Shown here one piece after another: positions 57,061 through 64,000 of a stretch of 64,000 nt of DNA (position 1 is the stretch's first letter; every line of letters begins with the position of its first letter). The stretch is from the human T2T-CHM13v2.0 reference genome, Homo sapiens. Where the stretch lies: the NCBI RefSeq assembly GCF_009914755.1, contig NC_060942.1; one strand, written 5' to 3'. A program made the translations under genes and the position numbers. Below the pieces are notes generated by a model, which did no database searches, was not told the DNA's origin, and saw nothing but the letters and a program-made list of their open reading frames with translations.

Positions 57061-58769
57061 CGGAGTAAGAGCAAAACTTATACCTCATTGAGTTGTGATT
57101 TGGACAGCTCCTGGTACATAATGTGTTCAATACATGTCAGATATTATGTTACTGTTACAAGTTATAAAGGTATTTTAAGTTGTAATGATAGTGAATGTGG
57201 GGACATACACCACTTCCAAAGCCAGTGTGGCTAATGTGTCTGAAACTCACAAAATGTGAAATCCGGACTGAGATTCAGGGTCTTGAGGGCTGTGTTCAGA
57301 TTTCACACCTGAGTGGTCCTGGAATGACAGTGCAGTGGCCACTGAAATCATTTGCAGAAGTCCTAGTGGAAGGAAGTGAGATCTGCCACTGCAGGGTGGA
57401 CATCTGCTTCCCAGGCAGCCTGTTGCCGATGTGTGGCAACCGTGTCAGATGCTAAAATGCTCTTGGCCTGCCAGCTTAGAAATTATGTGACTGTTGACAG
57501 GCTTTTAAAAGTTAGGGTGATTTGCATTATTTTAAATTCTGTGCATAAAATTACACTTTTGAAAATATCCACTTAAAATTTGCATAAATTTTTGTAATAT
57601 GCGAATATACTGATTTTAACTTTTTTTTACAAAGCCCAGCACGATTTATGTCACATCAGATACTCACTAAAAAGTTGTTAATAAATTAAAGAACATAAGC
57701 TGATGATGAAGGCATAGACCGTTTCCAGAAACCATTCTCATCAAATCAGACGGATCAGATTCTTCTATCTTGGGCATTTTGGGTAAATGGAGCCTTCCAG
57801 ATTTGATAAGGACGTTTGCCACAATGACAGGGCAGAAGGGTCACTTGTGTACTTCATCCACCAGAGCTGGCATCACAGCCCTGTTTCCACCTAACACAGC
57901 TGAGGGACATGAGATGCTTCCCAGTTGCACGACCTCATTGCCGTCATGACTCCTATCCAGCTCCCCTAAAAGTCAGCCAAGGAAATTCAGCCTGCAAAAG
58001 CAGCCCTCCTACTGGAGGTTTTAACATTTTAATTAATCAAAATGTTCTCTGCACCAGAAAATGAAATGTATATGTAATACTGCCTTTGCCTCTAACACCA
58101 ATGTGACAATAAATAAAGATGTCCTTACGTGTAGGATGCCTTCTCCTTCTAGAAAACAGAATACATAAAACTTGTAATGTCAGTGGTTTGTCATTGGGGG
58201 ATTTGGTTGAAAGAATTGTTTTGCTACCATTTTCCTTGCTATGGGTGTTTATTTTGGATTTTATGGCCTTTAAAAAAATATATGATGAAGAGCTTAAAGA
58301 TTTCATTCAAGGTGCTTACAGATATACTGTACCCTCAAGTTTCCAAGGCCAATATGTTCAGATATGTTCAGCTCTGTGTCCAGCTGCAGGGTCCGAAGAG
58401 GCCCTGGACCACAGCACTGGAAGACTTGGCCATGGATCTTGAGTCTAGCAGCACTCAGAGAGGAGTAACCCATCTCCAAAGAAAAGTCATTGCTTGCCCT
58501 TCCTATAGAGGCAATAAACAACACACTGGAACCTGGTTGATTCCCTGATGAGATGCAAGTCCACTGGTAAGTCTATCTGCCTTTAAAAGTCAGAACGCCA
58601 CAGCCAGGGGAAGGCCAATTTTTCCAGAGTGCCTGAGACAGCCAGACCTGCCAGTTGTGGACAGCGTGTGACCTAGGGCTGCCTTTCCAGTGAAACGACC
58701 AAACAGACTTGCGACACGAGGCAGAGCACCGTCTGCTTCCTATTCCACAGATTAAAAAGAAAAGTATTC

Positions 58770-59097
<328 letters not shown>

Positions 59098-60179
59098 CTA
59101 AAGGATTTAATTTTGTCTGAAAATAACATAATGGTAGGTCCCTGATTTCTTCTCTGCCCTCTCACCCATCCTTCCCACCTCTGCTCTACCCTGACAAATG
59201 AGAAGGAAAATCCTTTATGGAAATGTTCTTTAAAAATATGGCTGTTTCTTCACAAAAGCTTCACAAAACAAAACTGAAGCAAGTGAGTCATAAATGGTAA
59301 ACCACAGTCTGCATGACTGGGCCTTGAGTTATTTTTAATCCCACTAAAAACGGAGACCCATTTCACAAGTAACCTTCTCTTCAATGAAAGGGGTAGCAGT
59401 TCTACTGTGTTCTCTGCTGCAAAAAGGAGGAAATAAAAAAAATGCAGTCGGTCCCCAAATCCAATTATGTGATTGCTCTCACCCACTGTGTAATCTGTGA
59501 CAGTCACCGACCAAGTCCCATCAATTTATCTGGCACTGACTGAGAAGTTACTCCACCCAGGACCTGTGCTTCCATAGTGACTTCTGCTGGAGAAGCAAGG
59601 AAATGTTCAGAGATGGCTTTTCAGCTGGGAACGTTGTTTTCTTCCCACGATCACCTGTTCTCATGCCCTGCGTACTGAACGTGCTTGAAGCTATCATTTC
59701 TCAGCTGCACTTTCTTCTCTTGATTTTGATGCTTCTGAGTCTACTCATTCCCCTTCATTTCCATTTCTTTATCCACAAAACAAAAGTAAAAAGCAGAACA
59801 AGAGAGGCTTCACCATGATGTGCAGGACAACTGTCTATTTCCGTATGAGAACAGGAGCTCCTCAGGAACGCTCCTCTCTCTGACAGCAGGCACTCAGCAC
59901 ATGCTGTTTCTTAGATGCCAAGTCATATTGCTCCTCAGACATGGGCATGGCCTGTCTGCTGCACTGTCTTCTGTTTCTCATACCCTTATTATCCAGAATT
60001 CATAAACGAATATCTGCAGTTTTCTAATTTTAGCTATTGGTCTTCCCTCATCACAAGCAGTCTCTTAACCAATTTTATATAAATATGGGAGATGAAGCAC
60101 ACAAGAGTCAGAGATTGTCCACTGCTTAGTGGGCTATCGAGAGGGTTAGAAGTTGAATGAAGAGCCTTGGATGCCCCAC

Positions 60180-60495
60180 ACCTGTGTACTATCCAATAAC
60201 AGTAGCCACTAGCCACACTACAGAGCACCTGAAATGTGAAGCGTGCAAACTGAGATGTGCTATAGTACCTCCTGGATTTTGATCACTTAGTAGAAAAAGC
60301 AGAATGTAAAATATCTCCTTAATAATTTTTTGAATCTTGATTTACATGTTGAAATGATGTTTTGGATCTATTGGGTGAAATAGAATATGTCGTCAAAACT
60401 AATTTTACTTGTTTCTTCTGATTACGTTAAATACGGCCAGTAGAAACTTTCAAACTCTGTAAGTAGCCAGCATTCTGCTTCTGCTGGGATGGTGT
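60180..60495. mobile_element. MER33-like hAT DNA transposon
   Basis: tccaataacagtagccactagccaca...tgagatgtgct...aatgtaaaatatctccttaataatttt...ttgatttacatgttgaaatga. Confidence 0.85.
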
Positions 60496-61219
60496 GTGTC
60501 CAGAAGAGTGCTGAGCCCATGGCCTCTCTCCAGACCCACCCTGGGTGCAGGAAGAGGCTGGGTGGCTGGATCCAATTAACATGACTCTTGTGGAGTAATG
60601 ATAACAGGGCTTGAGTAGCCTGGATTACACCCTGCCCCAGAAATCCAATAACAGAAGGCGTGAAGACAGGAGGTCATGGACAGTCTAGAGGAGCGGAAGA
60701 GTCTGTCTGGGGGATGACTTGGGTGCTTGTGTTGGTTCCATGGTTCATTTGCCCTGAGACTCTGAGCCATGTGTTTGTCTGGCTTATAACTGATGCTCAA
60801 CAAATACCTGTTGAGTGGATGAATGAAGGCTGAATGAACGCACGCAGGCCAGAAGGCAGGGATATTTTTCATTTACTACAAAAGCAAAGAATGACTTTCA
60901 AAACTAGGTTAGGAACTGTTCAGAGTTAGAGCCACTTTCTCTAAAAGTGTCGCTGCCCAACCCCAAATCACTCAATGCTAAAGGAGTGTGTGGCAACCCA
61001 GCTGCTGTTTCCTTACCAGGTCTTGTGTCCTGGCAGGGAGGACTGAGGGAACCGAGTTTAGGAGTCTCTGGACTCCGGAGGGCATCTTTCAGGCATTCCT
61101 CTCCAACCTCCAGGGGACAGCCAGATCCTTGGGGCTCCGGCTGTCAGGCTTTACAACAGCTCTCAATGGGTAACCTTCCCACCTCAGTCCTGCTCCCTCA
61201 TCCAGGGAGAAGTGGTCCC

Positions 61220-62150
61220 TCTGCACTCAGGCCAGCCTCAGCCCCACTGCTTGCTCCACACAGTGGCATCTCTGAGGACTGAGAGGCCCCTCCTCCCAGG
61301 CGGGCATGTGCCCTGTGGTGCCCAGCTCCTCCCTGCAAGCTGCGGCTGTTCCTCCAGGCAGGCCTCCGTCTCTTCATGGTTTCCTCAGTGGCTACCCAAA
61401 CTAGGCCCCAGAGTCTTCCACTCACCTCTGCACATCTCTGTCTCCTTCCTTGGTTCCATCCAGGAACTGAGTCAGCTCCCTCCCTCCCCAAGGGGCTGCC
61501 ATGGCCTCCCCTGTCCTCTGCGCTTCTCCCACCCAGGCTGACTGGCCTGGAGCATCAGGCTCCCTGTGCCTTGCTGCCCCAATGCAGGCTCTTGCAAGGG
61601 GCTGATTGGCAAACACAGTAGCATCCTGAGGGAATAAGTCACTTAATATGCAGGGAAGTGGCAGATAAGACACGTCCTAGAGCAGGAGGCAGTCACGACT
61701 CTAGGAAGGAGCTCAGCCTCCAGCTTTCATTCCTGAGGGCAGGGTTTGAGTTCCTGCTGTTGATACTATTCCAACAAGCACTTTTTCAAGGGATCCCCAA
61801 TCCCAGAAGTCTATCTTTAGGGTTCTCTAGACCCAGAGGTTTGGGGTTCCAGGTGCACAGGCCCTGTCCAGAGCACTTGGGCTGGGGCACAGACTCCTTG
61901 CCACCCTCAGGCCTCATCACCCTCTGTGGCATCCCTCAGCCCAGGAGGAGGTAAGTCCTGCCTCCCCAAGGCTGCCCCTGGGTACCCTGCCACTGGCTAC
62001 CCTTTATGGAAATTGTCCATTTATTTTTTCAGCCCTCATGAACAGAGTAAGAAGTCAAGGGCAGCCATTTCCCATTCATCCCCAGAGCTGCATGGCAGAG
62101 CGTGAACCTGACACATGGTGCGGTGTAGCAGGGGTGCTTAACACATAATG
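61220..62150 (+). mobile_element. Degenerate L2 3' region
   Basis: ctccacacagtggcatctctg...; ends gtaagaagtcaagggcagcc...cctgacacatggtgc. Confidence 0.45.
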
Positions 62151-63559
62151 GGACTGTGGCGCCTTCAGAGGAATTGTACTGCAGGGATAGATAAGGCAGT
62201 GGCAAATGCTGACTTATTCTGCACCAGTGAAAACAGTGAGTTTTTATCCTGTGGTGTCTTACTTGTCAAATATACTCATTGCTGAAAAGGCTGGGAATTG
62301 TTTGTGACATGAAATCTCACTCACTCCTCAATTTCATACACGAGCAGCAGATAGTCCTGGGGTCATCTTCACAAAAGTGCAGGAAAATCCATAGTAACTT
62401 TTGATAGGTTAGTCATCCAATACAAGACCTCCATGCAGCTTATTTTTTGATGGCTAGAGAGCAATCTTTTAGTTTATTATCTGCTTCACACAGCTTGAGA
62501 CATCATTAATTAACTTATTTTGATCGATACTACACCCCAATCACCCAGCATGTATTTTTAGACCTTTACTGGCAGAGGAGACACCATAACTGAAGGAACA
62601 CCAGCATCAACCTGACCAGGAGACTGGAGTGGCTCTTATTTTGAAGTTTCTTCTTTTTAGGCATCCTCCTGCCCGGTCACTTCCTACCCTGCTCTCCACG
62701 TGCAGATACTGAGCAACAAGTCCTGCTGGGTTGGGCATGCACAAAACTGAAAGGCCCTACTCCCTTATACATCTGTGAGTAGGACACAAAATAAGCCATT
62801 ACAGTGCCTGAGGACGTGGTTTAATTGTACTTTAATTCCAACAGTAGATGTAGCACTGGTTGTGAGGAGCTAATGGATGTGGAAGTTAGCCCTGGCTTCA
62901 GCTATATGGGCACCCAGGCCTACGGTGGAGGGCAGTGCAACCAGTCCAAAAGCCTGAGCAGGTCTGCGTGCTGCTCTCTCAACTCCCACAACGGGAGGGG
63001 CAGGGGAACGAATATAAGCTATCAGCCTTAAAATCTGAGCACGACCTACCTCTGGGAGGGCAGACACCATATTCTATTTGTTTTTGTAACCTCCACCCCC
63101 CGGCACAGCACCTGGTACACAGAGGTGCTCAATAGCTGTTTGCTGACAACCAACGGGGCAGGAATAACTCTTGGGAAGGGGCAAAAGAGTGGATCCTTCT
63201 TGGATGAAGGAAAGCCTGGAGCTCCCCCAACTCTGTCCATGCTATGAATGAATGCCTCATGGATTGTGCCTCCCTTTTCTCTGGGAATGTGCCCCATTCC
63301 CGACCCCTGGGCACACCATTTGAGCAGAGGGTCCACAGGGGTCAACTTGAACAGAGAGACCCCTGACTGAAAAAACTCTTGAGGTCCAGTGTGTCTCCAA
63401 GGTTCCCAGGCTCATGTGGACACACAGCCAGCCCAGGGCACAGCACCGTGCCTGTCATCCAGGAGTGTACAATCAGAATGACAAGTCTGGGATCAAATGG
63501 AATGATCCCTGCCAGAGGCCAGGGAACAAGCCTGTGCTGGGCCCCTCTTAATCATCTGC

Positions 63560-63720
63560 TTTATTCACTCCAAGTGACTTCATGAAGGATGGTGCTATTA
63601 GCCCTCTCTGACAGATAACACAGCAGTCTCAGAGACACAATGTAACTTGACAAAAGTGATTCAGCAGCCCAGGGTGGAGCTGGGGTGCTGATCCTAGAGC
63701 CTACCACACCAGGGGCATTT
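63560..63720 (-). mobile_element. MIR fragment
   Basis: gctattagccctctctgacagataacacagcagtctcagagacacaatgtaacttgacaaaagtgattcagc...ggtggagctgggg. Confidence 0.55.
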
Positions 63721-64000
63721 TTTTCCTCCAATCCTTCAATAGTGGGTTATTTCTCACACTGCCTGTACATTCCTGTTTAGAAGGTGACAGGCAGAAGTCA
63801 CACTTTGGGGGCAGGGTGTGGCCAGATAATCCTGAAAAGAAGGGTTGTCTCTTCTTTAGCAAGGTAAGCCTCTGTGTTGCAATACTCAGCATCTGAATCT
63901 CAAGACAGGTCCCTGGAGGTATTGTCAGATTTATCTCAAAATAAACATTGCTTCCAGGGATCCTGCGTGGGACCCTTGGAGACCTAGTCAAAGGAGCACC

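Overview
Primate (almost certainly human) genomic DNA: roughly 40-45% GC by eye, CpG-depleted, and dense in Alu, L1, L2, MIR, MaLR-LTR and hAT/MER relics. The only protein-coding content I can support is the 3' end of a minus-strand gene. It has three GT-AG-bounded coding exons (53686-53517, 44275-44213, 40503-40336) that splice in frame to a C-terminal SAM domain (...WTVDE|VAEFVQSLLGCEEHAKCFKKE|QIDGKAFLLLTQTDIVKVMKIKLGPALKIYNSILMF...). I recognise this as L3MBTL4 (Polycomb-group MBT/SAM protein; 18p11.31 in human, from recall). A ~1.5 kb 3' UTR follows, ending near an AATAAA at 38852-38847. Positions 1-38.8 kb are downstream intergenic sequence and 53.7-64 kb is intron. Nearly all ORFs in the supplied track are chance or repeat-derived. 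I found no prokaryote-style system (CRISPR, operon) and no clearly new biological system. The best leads are an Alu-tail (GAA)23+ repeat in the last intron, a second reading frame open across all three terminal exons, a NAGNAG acceptor inside the SAM domain, a candidate alternative exon at ~55 kb, and a split 150-bp duplication carrying paired AP-1 sites. Repeat family names and boundaries were assigned by eye and are approximate.
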